A stretch of DNA of 32,000 nucleotides, from assembly GCF_001306055.1 (NCBI RefSeq), contig NZ_LGHJ01000015.1, positions 1-32,000 of the forward strand, in the 5' to 3' direction. Positions 1 through 8,408 of the stretch are shown here, piece by piece. Both the position numbers and the translations under genes were made by a program. Within the stretch, counting starts at the first letter, position 1. Every line of letters begins with the position of its first letter. The notes below the pieces were generated by a model. The model saw nothing but the letters and a program-made list of their open reading frames with translations. It did not search any database and was not told the origin of the DNA. The stretch comes from Bellilinea caldifistulae (lineage in GTDB: Bacteria; Chloroflexota; Anaerolineae; Anaerolineales; Anaerolineaceae).

Positions 1-369
1 GAGACCTATGCGGCGGATAAAGGCTATGATGACGGCAACAATCACTTCTATTTAGAACTGCACGGCTTACACTCGGCAATTCGCTTGAAAAAGACGCGCA
101 CGCAGAAGAAAGACGCCAACAAAGACAGCTGGCTGGCCTTGGAGCAGACCCAACCGTACCGTCAAGGCTTGAAACAGCGCTACAAAATCGAACGCAAATT
201 TGGGGAAGCCAAACAGTGGCATGGGTTGGGACGCTGCCGGTATTTGGGAAAAATGGGCTTTGCGGTGCAAGCCTTTTTGACGGCGATAGCGCTCAACTTG
301 AAACGAATGGTCAAGCTCCTGTTTGGCGTCGGGTTCAAAACCCCGGCTGGGGCCGCCATCCAAGGGTGA
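1..369 (+). CDS. IS4/IS5-superfamily (DDE_Tnp_1, IS5/IS1182-like) transposase, C-terminal part; the 5' end lies outside the window
   Basis: Frame 1 is open from base 1 (ETYAADKGYDDGNNHFYLELHGLHSAIRLKK...). It contains YRQGLKQRYKIERKFGEAK, the Y-x2-R-x3-E-x6-K signature of IS4/IS5 DDE transposases, then the typical tail AFLTAIALNLKRMVKLL. Stop TGA at 367-369. Confidence 0.8.
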   Translation, partial: ETYAADKGYDDGNNHFYLELHGLHSAIRLKKTRTQKKDANKDSWLALEQTQPYRQGLKQRYKIERKFGEAKQWHGLGRCRYLGKMGFAVQAFLTAIALNLKRMVKLLFGVGFKTPAGAAIQG

Positions 370-636
370 ACTCCCATGCGGAGGGTGAAGTGTCGCTGGT
401 GGTCAAAAATCCAGAAAAAATGGAAGTGAAGAGGTCAAATCAAGATACACAGCCCCTTTATTTTAGGGTGGATACCCCATCGGGTGCGGCTTTTCCACCC
501 CTCAAACAGCCTGCTCGGCGTATTACGCTTGATTTTTCAACTCTCTCTTAAGTCTTAATTTGACAACTGCGTATTTGTGTTTCTTTCAAAAAGTTGTATG
601 ATCAAGTTGTGGGTTGGTTTGTGGAGAGAGGAGGGG

Positions 637-1383
637 ATGATGAAATGGCGGGTTCGGATTTTTGCATGGGCGCTGGCGGCCGGTTTGTTGATTTATGCAG
701 GCGCTTGTAAACCGTCACAGCCGGCGGAGGATGACGTTACATTTTCGGACGAAGGTGAGGGGATAACCGAATCATCTCCCGTTCCAGAGACGGCCGTTCC
801 AACCAGTCGGCCTGAAGCGGTTCCGGAGGGGATGAATCTGGCCGAATGCCCCGGCCGGTTTGGTTTGCTTTCGCTCAAGTTTTCGGCGGATATTGACTTT
901 AACGCCGCCGGGGCTTCTCTTCATCATACCCTGGGCGACGGTGTATTGCTGCTGGAAGTGAGCGAGGATAAGCCACAGGTGATAATTCAATCACAAAATC
1001 CCGTCACCCTGCCGGTAACCATCAACGGCACGGTAGGGGATTGTAGCCTGTCCGGCGAAAGCAGCATGATCGCCAGCGCCAGCGGGTATTGTGAGAACGG
1101 CATTGTTCACCTGATCATCGAGGAAAACTGGCAGTCGGGCAGCGGTGTGTTGACCTGCCCGGATCGAAATCCGGCCAATTTTCCTCTGGTTGGGGCGGGC
1201 AGCATGACTCATCGCGGTGCGGACGGTCGCGGCGAGGTTTTCTACCTCGATTGGGGCTTTTCGGATCAAAACATCGGCTACATGCTGGAAAAACCTTTCC
1301 TTGGGCAGGGCGGTTCCGGTACTCACACCTGGACGCTAATGATGGAGCCTTTCCAGCCGATAATGCCGGTATCTACTCCCTGA
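637..1383 (+). CDS. Hypothetical secreted lipoprotein (no family recognised)
   Basis: ATG at 637 follows a purine-rich GGAGAGAGAGGAGGGG. The N-terminus MMKWRVRIFAWALAAGLLIYAGAC looks like a signal peptide plus lipobox-like Cys. The rest is Gly/Ser-rich with 5 further Cys. The ORF track start at 577 is judged too early. Confidence 0.55.
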   Translation: MMKWRVRIFAWALAAGLLIYAGACKPSQPAEDDVTFSDEGEGITESSPVPETAVPTSRPEAVPEGMNLAECPGRFGLLSLKFSADIDFNAAGASLHHTLGDGVLLLEVSEDKPQVIIQSQNPVTLPVTINGTVGDCSLSGESSMIASASGYCENGIVHLIIEENWQSGSGVLTCPDRNPANFPLVGAGSMTHRGADGRGEVFYLDWGFSDQNIGYMLEKPFLGQGGSGTHTWTLMMEPFQPIMPVSTP

Positions 1384-1391
1384 GGTTAACC

Positions 1392-1427
1392 AAAAGCGCA
1401 TGGTTCCTCCGGGAACCATGCGCTTTG
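1392..1427. terminator. Bidirectional stem-loop between convergent genes
   Basis: Perfect 15-bp inverted repeat AAAGCGCATGGTTCC (1393-1407) / GGAACCATGCGCTTT (1412-1426) with loop TCCG. It is flanked by an A-run upstream and TTT downstream. It sits between the stop at 1383 (+) and the stop at 1455 (-). Confidence 0.6.
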
Positions 1428-1454
1428 ATTGCATGCCATCCCGGCCGAGATGGC

Positions 1455-2384
1455 TCACAGATTGCGCTTTTCGCGGTCGTAGTTCTGACCGAGGAAAGCC
1501 GGCACGCGCGCCTTACGGAAGGTGAGGATCATGATCAGGATGGTGGCGAGGTACGGTACCATCAACAGATACTGATAGGGCAGAGCCAGCCCGATGACCT
1601 GAGCGCGGAAGGCGAGTACCTCAACCCCGGCAAAGAACAGCGAGCCGGTCAGAATGGTCAGCGGACTCCAGCCGCCGAAGAAGGTCAGCGCAATCGCCAG
1701 CCAGCCGCGTCCGCGCGTCATCGCCTCGGTGAAGGTGCCGGTGTACACCATCGGCAGGTAAGCCCCGGCCAGCCCGATCAACGCCCCGCCGAGGATGGCA
1801 GTCCAGTAACGCGCCCGCACGACATTGATGCCCAGACTATCGGCGGTCATGGGATTTTCGCCGACGGCGCGCAATTCCAGCCCGCGCTGGGTGCGATAAA
1901 GGAAGTACCACAGCAACAGGGAAAGCACGATCGAAAAGTACACCAGTCCATTCTGCCTGAAGAGGATCGGCCCCAGCAGCGGAATCTGGCTCAGCAGGGG
2001 GATGGACACTTCCGGCAGGGTGGGGATGAGCGGGGGCGAAAGGGTGATGCCGATGATCAGCTTGGGCAGCAGGGTGGACAGGCCGACCCCGATGAAGAAC
2101 AGCGAAAGTCCGATGAAAAACTGATTCATCTTCAACGTGGTGGTGAAGTAAGCCAGCAGCAGTCCAAATACAGCGCCGGCCGCCATGGCTGCCAGCATAC
2201 CCACAAAATTGTTACCGACCTGATAACTGACCAGAAATCCCAATGATGCGCCCAGCAGCATGATGCCTTCCTGAGCCACGTTGAAAATGCCGGTGCGTCC
2301 ACCCAGCATGGTGCCCTGGCTGGCCAGGACAAACGGCACCATCGAAAGCAGCACCAATCGCAAGAAGGTGATCAGAGTTTCCAT
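1455..2384 (-). CDS. ABC transporter permease, BMP/nucleoside (CUT2-type) system, NupQ/RnsD-like
   Basis: 309-aa polytopic membrane protein resembling RbsC-family permeases. AGGAGG lies 7 nt upstream of the ATG. It is last in a minus-strand operon with a second permease, an ATPase and a BMP binding protein. Confidence 0.9.
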   Translation of the reverse strand: METLITFLRLVLLSMVPFVLASQGTMLGGRTGIFNVAQEGIMLLGASLGFLVSYQVGNNFVGMLAAMAAGAVFGLLLAYFTTTLKMNQFFIGLSLFFIGVGLSTLLPKLIIGITLSPPLIPTLPEVSIPLLSQIPLLGPILFRQNGLVYFSIVLSLLLWYFLYRTQRGLELRAVGENPMTADSLGINVVRARYWTAILGGALIGLAGAYLPMVYTGTFTEAMTRGRGWLAIALTFFGGWSPLTILTGSLFFAGVEVLAFRAQVIGLALPYQYLLMVPYLATILIMILTFRKARVPAFLGQNYDREKRNL

Positions 2385-2390
2385 GTTGTT

Positions 2391-3401
2391 TTACCTCCTG
2401 CGTACCACATCGGAAAGTAGGACGAAGAGCAGTACCAGCGCTTCGACGATGAAGACCATCTCGACCGGGATCATCAGGGTGCGCTGCATGGCGCTGGCGC
2501 CGACTTCCAGCACGGCGATGAAGAACGCCACAAAGGGCACAGCCAGATTGTTCCCGCGGGCGATTAACCCGATGATCAGCCCCAGCACCAAAAAGTTGGA
2601 CTGCATGCCTTCAATCAGACGGCGGTGAACGCCGGCGACTTCAATGGAACCGGCCAGCCCAGCCAGCGCTCCGGCCAGCACCAGCGAGAACACGAACATG
2701 CGCCCGACATGGATGCCGAACACCTCGGCGGCGCGCGGATTTGCACCGGTGGCAACCAGTTCGTAACCGCCGGTGGTGCGGCTGGTGTAGATGTAGATGC
2801 CGGCTGCCACCAGTACCGCCAGGATGATGCCGGAGTGCAGCGGCGGGTTGTTGATCAGCATGGGCAGCCAGCCGCCTTGCCCGATGGGGATGGTAGTGGG
2901 GTGCCCGGCAGTGGTATCGCGCCACGGGCCGGTAGCCACCAGATCAATTACCGCAAAGGATACGAAGTTAAGCAGGACGGTGGTCAAAATTTCATTCAGT
3001 CCAAAGCGGTAGAGCAGCCAGGCCGGGATCAGTCCCCAGAACGCCCCGGCCAGCACCCCCGCCAGAATGACCATCGGCAGGAGCAGCACCGGCGGCAGGT
3101 CGGAGAAGGTAATCCCCACCGCGGCAGCAGCGATCCCGCCGACAATCATCTGACCTTCGCCGCCGATGTTGAATTTACCGGCGGTCAGTGGGACGGTAAA
3201 AGCCAGCGCTTGCAGGGTCAGAGGGATGAATTTGAGCAGGGTCTGGATGAAGCCGTTGGGGGTGCGGAAGGAGGTCAGCAGGATGGTCTGGTAGGCACGC
3301 CCCACGTCAAAACCCATCGCCGCAATGAAGATGCCCACTGCTGCGAAGGCCACGGCAATGGCGATTAGATAAGGGAGGATGGTTCGTCCAAGAGCCTTCA
3401 T
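2391..3401 (-). CDS. ABC transporter permease, BMP/nucleoside (CUT2-type) system, NupP/RnsC-like
   Basis: Polytopic membrane protein (…FNIGGEGQMIVGGIAAAAVG…). ATG at 3401 is preceded by GAGG with a 5-nt spacer. The alternative GTG at 3416 overlaps the upstream TGA (GTGA). Confidence 0.88.
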   Translation of the reverse strand: MKALGRTILPYLIAIAVAFAAVGIFIAAMGFDVGRAYQTILLTSFRTPNGFIQTLLKFIPLTLQALAFTVPLTAGKFNIGGEGQMIVGGIAAAAVGITFSDLPPVLLLPMVILAGVLAGAFWGLIPAWLLYRFGLNEILTTVLLNFVSFAVIDLVATGPWRDTTAGHPTTIPIGQGGWLPMLINNPPLHSGIILAVLVAAGIYIYTSRTTGGYELVATGANPRAAEVFGIHVGRMFVFSLVLAGALAGLAGSIEVAGVHRRLIEGMQSNFLVLGLIIGLIARGNNLAVPFVAFFIAVLEVGASAMQRTLMIPVEMVFIVEALVLLFVLLSDVVRRR

Positions 3402-3412
3402 TGTTACCTCAC

Positions 3413-4974
3413 TCACGGGGTTGCCGGTTCAGTCGAGCGGATACCGCTCATCAGCCGGCCAATGGCGTATTTATCGAACGCTTCGCGCGGCAGGATGCCC
3501 AGAATTTCGCCGCGGTAGATCACGGCAATGCGGTCGCTGAGCAGCATTAATTCGTCCAGGTCTTCCGAGATCAGCAAGGTGGCTTGTTTTTGGGCTTTGC
3601 GCTGCAGAATTTTCTGGTAGACAAAGTCCATCGAGGGAATATCCAGCCCGCGGGTGGGGTTGTGAGCGACCAGCAAATCGGCGTTCATCGAAAAGGCGCG
3701 CGCAATCATCACCCGCTGAATGTTGCCGCCGGAGAGATTGCCGCCGGGTTCTTCCGGTCCGCCGGTTTTGATGTTGTACTCGCTAATCTGCTCGCGGGTT
3801 TTCTGGTAGACCGTTTTCCAGTTGATGAAGCGGCCGTCGCTGTAGGGCGCTGGCGGTGTACCCCCAGAATGAGGTTTTGGGCAACGCTGGCTTTGGGCAA
3901 AAAGCCGTCGTGCAGGCGGTCTTCGGGGATGTAGGAAAGGCCGCGGCGCAGCCGTTCAGCGACCGGCAAACCGGTGACGTCTTTGCCGTTTTGTTCGATC
4001 TTGCCACTGGTGGGCGGCACAATCCCGGCAGCCACCTCGGCCAGTTCGCGCTGACCATTACCCGCCACGCCGGCGATGCCAAAAATTTCCCCCGGAAAGA
4101 TATCAAAGGAAACATCTTTGAGACGCGGCACACCCTCTTTGCTGATCAGGTTGACCTGACTGAGACGCAAGATGGGGGCTGCGGTGGTATCCACCTCGCC
4201 AAAAGTTTTGGTGTCGCGCGCAAAATAAACGCTCTTTTCAATGTTCATTTGCTCGCCGACCATGGCGCGCACGAAGACGTCTTCCGAAGCGTCTTTGCGG
4301 TCAAGGGTGGTGATGTTGCGCCCTTCGCGCAGCACGGTGATGCGGTCGCACACACTCAGTACCTCGCGCAGTTTGTGGGTGATGAAGACGATGCTCAGGC
4401 CGTCGTTAACCATCACCCGCAGCGATTCGAACAGGGCATCCACTTCCTGCGGGGTCAGGTTGGTGGTCGGTTCGTCGAGAATCAAAATCTTCACGCCGCG
4501 GTAAAGGGCTTTGAGGATTTCCACCTTTTGGCGGGTGCCAATCGGCAGTGTCGAGATGACCGCATTCAAATCCACCGGCAACCCAAAGCGTTGACACAAT
4601 TCTTCCACTTTTCTGGTTTCCGGTTCCAGTTTCATCGTGTAACGATGGGTGATGCCAGTGCCCAGCACAATGTTTTCCAGTACGGTGTAATTGGAAATTT
4701 GTAAAAAGTGCTGGTGTACCATGCCAATGCCGCGGTTGAGGGCATCCCGCGGGCCGTGAATTTCAATCTTCTCGCCGTTCAGGTAAATGTCTCCCTGATC
4801 TTTGCGGTAAAGGCCGTAGAGGATGTTCATCAGGGTGGTTTTGCCGGCGCCGTTGCCGCCCAGCAGGCCGTGAATCTCGCCGGGCAGCAGTGAAAAGGAT
4901 ACATCATCCAGCGCCACCAGTTTATCGAAAGTTTTACGAATATTCCTTAATTCCAGAATCGGTTGTTTTTCCAT
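3413..4974 (-). pseudogene. Double-NBD ABC transporter ATP-binding protein (NupO/RnsB-like) interrupted by a 1-nt frameshift near 3845-3848
   Basis: The N-terminal ORF 3709-4974 has Walker A GGNGAGKTT and a normal NBD1. It turns to nonsense after ...QNLILGVHRQRP. A different frame then reads YSDGRFINWKTVYQKTREQISEYNIKTGGPEEPGGNLSGGNIQRVMIARAFSMNADLLVAHNPTRGLD..., the ABC signature and Walker B region of NBD2, through to stop 3413. Total span is 1562 nt, one short of a multiple of 3. This may be a genuine pseudogene or a homopolymer (GGG 3845-3847) sequencing error. Confidence 0.8.
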
Positions 4975-4992
4975 GTTCTCCTTCCCTCAGGC

Positions 4993-5185
4993 CTGCGGGG
5001 GCTGTTTACTGGACAGGGCGGATGGCTTGGCTGCGTCGGCTCGCGGCGAGGTAAACTGCTCCATGTCATCCCGACCAAAGGGACACTTGCCAGTGCGGGC
5101 GGGGGTTCTCCCCCAACCTCCGCAACGGCTTTGCGGGAGATCGCCACGCTCGCTGCACTCGCTTATGGTGACGTAAACCGTTTAC
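4993..5185 (+). repeat. Copy (one degenerate plus one good unit) of the GC-rich intergenic repeat family, inside the BMP operon spacer
   Basis: 5118-5182 reads CTCCGCAACGGCTTTGCGGGAGATCGCCACGCTCGCTGCACTCGCTTATGGTGACGTAAACCGTT. This matches the core of the 63-bp array at 8409-9068 and the reverse complement of the 99-bp units at 23185-23489. 5082-5118 matches 8373-8408. 4993-5060 is a diverged unit (CTGCGGGG...GCTCGCGGCGAGGTAAACTG). Confidence 0.7.
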
Positions 5186-5314
5186 ACGACACCGCAGGGT
5201 TATTACGTTGCCCTTTGCCGTGAATGAAGAATTCAGATGCTGCCAAACCATCTATTCTTAACGTGCCAATGAAAGTCCGCTCAGCCTGCCGAGGTCTTCC
5301 GCAGGGGAGTGTGA

Positions 5315-5355
5315 GCAGGGGTTCCTGCCGTTAGAATAGGCGCTGGAACCCCTGC
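5315..5355 (-). promoter_or_regulatory. Intercistronic GC-rich stem-loop downstream of the binding-protein gene
   Basis: 11-bp perfect arms GCAGGGGTTCC (5315-5325) / GGAACCCCTGC (5345-5355) with a 19-nt loop, about 47 nt after the SBP stop on the minus strand. No U-run follows, so it is more likely an mRNA-stabilising or attenuating hairpin than a full terminator. Confidence 0.5.
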
Positions 5356-5401
5356 CCGTATGGATTTTTATGGACGATGAAAGCCGTAACGGCAAAGCAC
5401 T

Positions 5402-6412
5402 TTACTTGATTTCACTGGTATCTTTGACCACTTCGATCTTGCCGGCGCGCAGGTCGGCCAGCAGCGTGTCCATTTCCGCCTGAATTTCGGGGGAAACGTT
5501 CTTCAGCGGGGTTTGCAGGGCAACGCCGGTGGCAAAGCCCAGCGGGTAATAGCCGCCGGTTTCGCCAGCCTGGATTTTGGCGTAAATATCCTTGAGCGGG
5601 CCGGCAAAGTCGTACAGCAGCGAGGTCATGTAGTTGTCGGGGGCGTAGGTGGCCTTGTCGGTGTACTTGGCGGTGACCAGTACCTTGGTGGGTGAGGCTT
5701 TGACCGCCTCGAACAGACCGAACATGCCCAGATTGAGCGAGCCCATGATCACATCGCAGCCCTCGGCAATCAGGGCATCAGCAACCTGACGGGCTTTGGT
5801 CGGGTCGTTGAAATCGCCCGCCCACACGGCCTTGACTTCCACATCCAGCCCAAGGTCTTTGATGGCCTGCTGAACGGCGTGGACTTCGGCATAGGAGAAG
5901 GGCAGCGCTAACCCGCCCAGATAACCGATTTTACCGGTCTGAGTGGCTTTGGCAGCCAGCGCGCCGATGCCGTAGAAGCCGACATGGAAGTTGCGGTCAA
6001 TGAACCACAAATTGGCGGGAGCATCGGCCACCGGAGCATCACCTTCACCGATAAAAATGACATCCGGGAACTGCTTGGCCAGATCAACCGTCTGGGTCAG
6101 GAATTGACCGCCATGCGTCCAGATGATGTTGTAACCGGCATCAATGTACTCGCGCATGACGCGGTCAACATCCGGTACGGCCACACTTTCCGAGTAGGCA
6201 GTCTCAATGCCGGTGGCTTTCTGGAGCTCCGAAATGCCCACATAGGCCAGCGTGTTGTAGTCGGCATCGGTAATTACGCCGGGGAAGATAGCGGCCAGTT
6301 TGTAGGTCTTGCCGGTTGGTTGGGCGGTGGGGGTTGCCGCCGGGGCGCATTGAGCCGCCAGCAGTGCAACCAGCACCAACACGAACACCAGAACGAAACG
6401 ATTCTTACGCAT
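5402..6412 (-). CDS. BMP-family (PnrA/Med-like) ABC transporter substrate-binding lipoprotein
   Basis: 336 aa. The N-terminus MRKNRFVLVFVLVLVALLAAQCAPA gives a signal peptide with lipobox-like Cys. The body resembles the BMP basic-membrane-protein fold (…AAIFPGVITDADYNTLAY…GYLGGLALPFSY…). AAGGAGG is upstream of the ATG. Confidence 0.9.
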   Translation of the reverse strand: MRKNRFVLVFVLVLVALLAAQCAPAATPTAQPTGKTYKLAAIFPGVITDADYNTLAYVGISELQKATGIETAYSESVAVPDVDRVMREYIDAGYNIIWTHGGQFLTQTVDLAKQFPDVIFIGEGDAPVADAPANLWFIDRNFHVGFYGIGALAAKATQTGKIGYLGGLALPFSYAEVHAVQQAIKDLGLDVEVKAVWAGDFNDPTKARQVADALIAEGCDVIMGSLNLGMFGLFEAVKASPTKVLVTAKYTDKATYAPDNYMTSLLYDFAGPLKDIYAKIQAGETGGYYPLGFATGVALQTPLKNVSPEIQAEMDTLLADLRAGKIEVVKDTSEIK

Positions 6413-6468
6413 TTCTTTCCTCCTTAAGTTTTGATGGGATGGGAAAAAACAGGGTGAAGGTGATTCTT

Positions 6469-6496
6469 ATTGTACTCTTTTGAGATTGTCTGTTAA
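6469..6496 (-). promoter_or_regulatory. Candidate sigma-70-type promoter of the BMP ABC operon
   Basis: On the minus strand: TTAACA (6496-6491), a 16-nt spacer, then TACAAT (6474-6469). It lies in the only AT-rich patch upstream of the SBP gene, about 57 nt before the ATG. This is pattern-based only. Confidence 0.3.
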
Positions 6497-6544
6497 TTAC
6501 GAATTAAATAAAAAATTGGGGACGTTCTTCCTGAATCAGGTCTG

Positions 6545-6650
6545 TTTGGGGCAGGGCGGGAGATTCCCCTGCAGTGGCGAGTTTCGCTCACGCTCGGGGT
6601 GACGTGAATAAGGACATGTCATTGTGAGCCGCCCTCAGGCTGTGTGGTAA
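6545..6650. repeat. Degenerate member of the same repeat family in the divergent SBP/GH13 intergenic region
   Basis: GGCGGGAGATTCCCCTGCAGTGGCGAGTTTCGCTCACGCTCGGGGTGACGTGAATAAGGACATGTCATTGTGAGCCGCCC. It shares GCGGGAGA...CGCTC...GGTGACGT with the 63-bp unit, and GTCATTGTGAGC with the GACATTGCGAGCGAGC motif at 23189. Identity is clearly lower than for the other loci. Confidence 0.35.
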
Positions 6651-6769
6651 TTTCCCGCAGAGCCGTCGGGGAGGCAGGGGCACAACAGGGGCAGTTCACC
6701 GTCGGGAGAGTGCCGGTTTGATGGTAAAATCCACCCATCCCCGTGTTTATCAAGGAAGGAGAGGGAAGG

Positions 6770-8236
6770 ATGACCGCTTCTTTTATCACACCCGAGTGGG
6801 TTCAAGACGCTGTCTTTTACCAGATTTTTCCAGACCGGTTTGCTGCCAGCCCCATTTTGGAAAAGCCGAACAACCTCGAAGCGTGGGACGCTCCGCCGAC
6901 CCCTCACGGCTTCAAAGGCGGTGACCTGCTGGGTGTGGCGGAGAAACTGGATTATTTGCAGGATTTGGGCGTGAACGCCATTTACTTTACGCCGGTATTC
7001 CAATCGGCTTCCAATCATCGCTACCACACCCACGATTATTTTCGGGTTGACCCGTTGTTAGGTGGAGATGCTGCCCTGCGGCGCTTATTAAAGGAAGCCC
7101 ACCGCCGAGGCATCAAAATTGTGCTGGATGGCGTCTTCAATCACGCCAGCCGTGGGTTCTTCCAGTTCAATCACATTCTGGAATGCGGGGCGCAGTCACC
7201 CTATCTGGATTGGTTCCGCGTAAAGGGTTTTCCCCTGAACGCTTACCAGGGCAAACCCAACTACGACTGCTGGTGGGGGCTGGCGGCTCTGCCGGAGTTC
7301 AACCATCAAAATCCGCAGGTCAGGCGTTTCATCTTCGATGTGGCGCGCTACTGGCTGGAACAGGGCATTGACGGCTGGCGGCTGGATGTGCCCTTCTGCG
7401 TGGATGATGACCGTTTCTGGCAGGAATTTCGGCAGGTGGTCAAGCAGACCAATCCCGATGCCTACATCACCGGTGAAATCCCGTGGGATGCCGAGCGCTG
7501 GCTGCAGGGCGATCAGTTCGATGGGGTGATGAATTACCTGCTCACCTACGCCTGCTGGGGATTCTTCGGCGGCGAGAAGATGGATAAGGAACTGGTCGGC
7601 CACTGGTACGAACACGGCCCGCAGTACTTTACGCCGCAGGCGGATCGGTTTGCCGAAAACGTCAGGGCGTTGTTGAAGAAGTATCCCCGCCCGGCCGTGC
7701 AGTCCCAGTTGAATCTGCTGGATAGCCACGATACCGCCCGGTTTCTTTCCATCGCCGGGGGAGATAAGCGGCTGCAACGGCTGGCGGCGCTGTTCTTATT
7801 CACTTATCCGGGCGCACCCTGTATTTATTACGGCGATGAAATCGGGCTGGAAGGCGGCAAAGACCCCGACTGCCGGCGCGCTTTCCCGTGGGATGAAAAC
7901 CGCTGGGACAACGACCTGCGCGATTTTTACAGGACGCTGGCCGGCCTGCGCCATCAACATGCCGTACTGCGTCACGGCTCATTTGAGGTGCTGTATGCGG
8001 CCGGACAGGTGTTGGTTTACCTGCGGCAGCAGGAAGGGGAGGCAGCGGTCATCGTCATCAACCGCTCGGCGGCTGCTTCGTTTGAATTGGATTTACCGGT
8101 AACGGATGTTCTGCCGGAGGGGATGGCTTTTCGGAATGCAATCGGGCAGGGAGGCGCTGCGGTTGGAGAGGGGCGCTTGCGCGGGTTGACTCTGCCGCCG
8201 CTTTCGGCGGCTGTATTGCTGCCGGGCAATGGATAA
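6770..8236 (+). CDS. Glycoside hydrolase family 13 (alpha-amylase superfamily; neopullulanase/cyclomaltodextrinase/alpha-glucosidase-like)
   Basis: ATG at 6770 follows GGAAGGAGAGGGAAGG. All four GH13 conserved regions are present: DGVFNHAS (I), GWRLDVPF (II, nucleophile Asp), ITGEIPWD (III, acid/base Glu) and [10 protein letters not shown] (IV). The N-terminal [16 protein letters not shown] is typical. No signal peptide is seen. Confidence 0.9.
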   Translation: MTASFITPEWVQDAVFYQIFPDRFAASPILEKPNNLEAWDAPPTPHGFKGGDLLGVAEKLDYLQDLGVNAIYFTPVFQSASNHRYHTHDYFRVDPLLGGDAALRRLLKEAHRRGIKIVLDGVFNHASRGFFQFNHILECGAQSPYLDWFRVKGFPLNAYQGKPNYDCWWGLAALPEFNHQNPQVRRFIFDVARYWLEQGIDGWRLDVPFCVDDDRFWQEFRQVVKQTNPDAYITGEIPWDAERWLQGDQFDGVMNYLLTYACWGFFGGEKMDKELVGHWYEHGPQYFTPQADRFAENVRALLKKYPRPAVQSQLNLLDSHDTARFLSIAGGDKRLQRLAALFLFTYPGAPCIYYGDEIGLEGGKDPDCRRAFPWDENRWDNDLRDFYRTLAGLRHQHAVLRHGSFEVLYAAGQVLVYLRQQEGEAAVIVINRSAAASFELDLPVTDVLPEGMAFRNAIGQGGAAVGEGRLRGLTLPPLSAAVLLPGNG

Positions 8237-8408
8237 CCGGTGAGCGGACGGGTTTGAAGCCGCGATTTCAGCCCAGAGAATAACTTGAGGTTGGGATAAG
8301 TTTGCTCGTGTTAAGCCGAATGCAGCGGCGCTAGCGCCGCCCTATACCACTTAATATCACCCCAAGAGCAGCGACACTTGCCAGCGCTGGCGGGGGTCCC
8401 CCCCAGCC

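Noticed and set aside
3835-3860. Programmed ribosomal frameshift in the ABC ATPase
   Set aside because: There is no slippery heptamer and no obvious downstream stimulatory structure. A 1-nt indel in a short G/C run is the simpler explanation.
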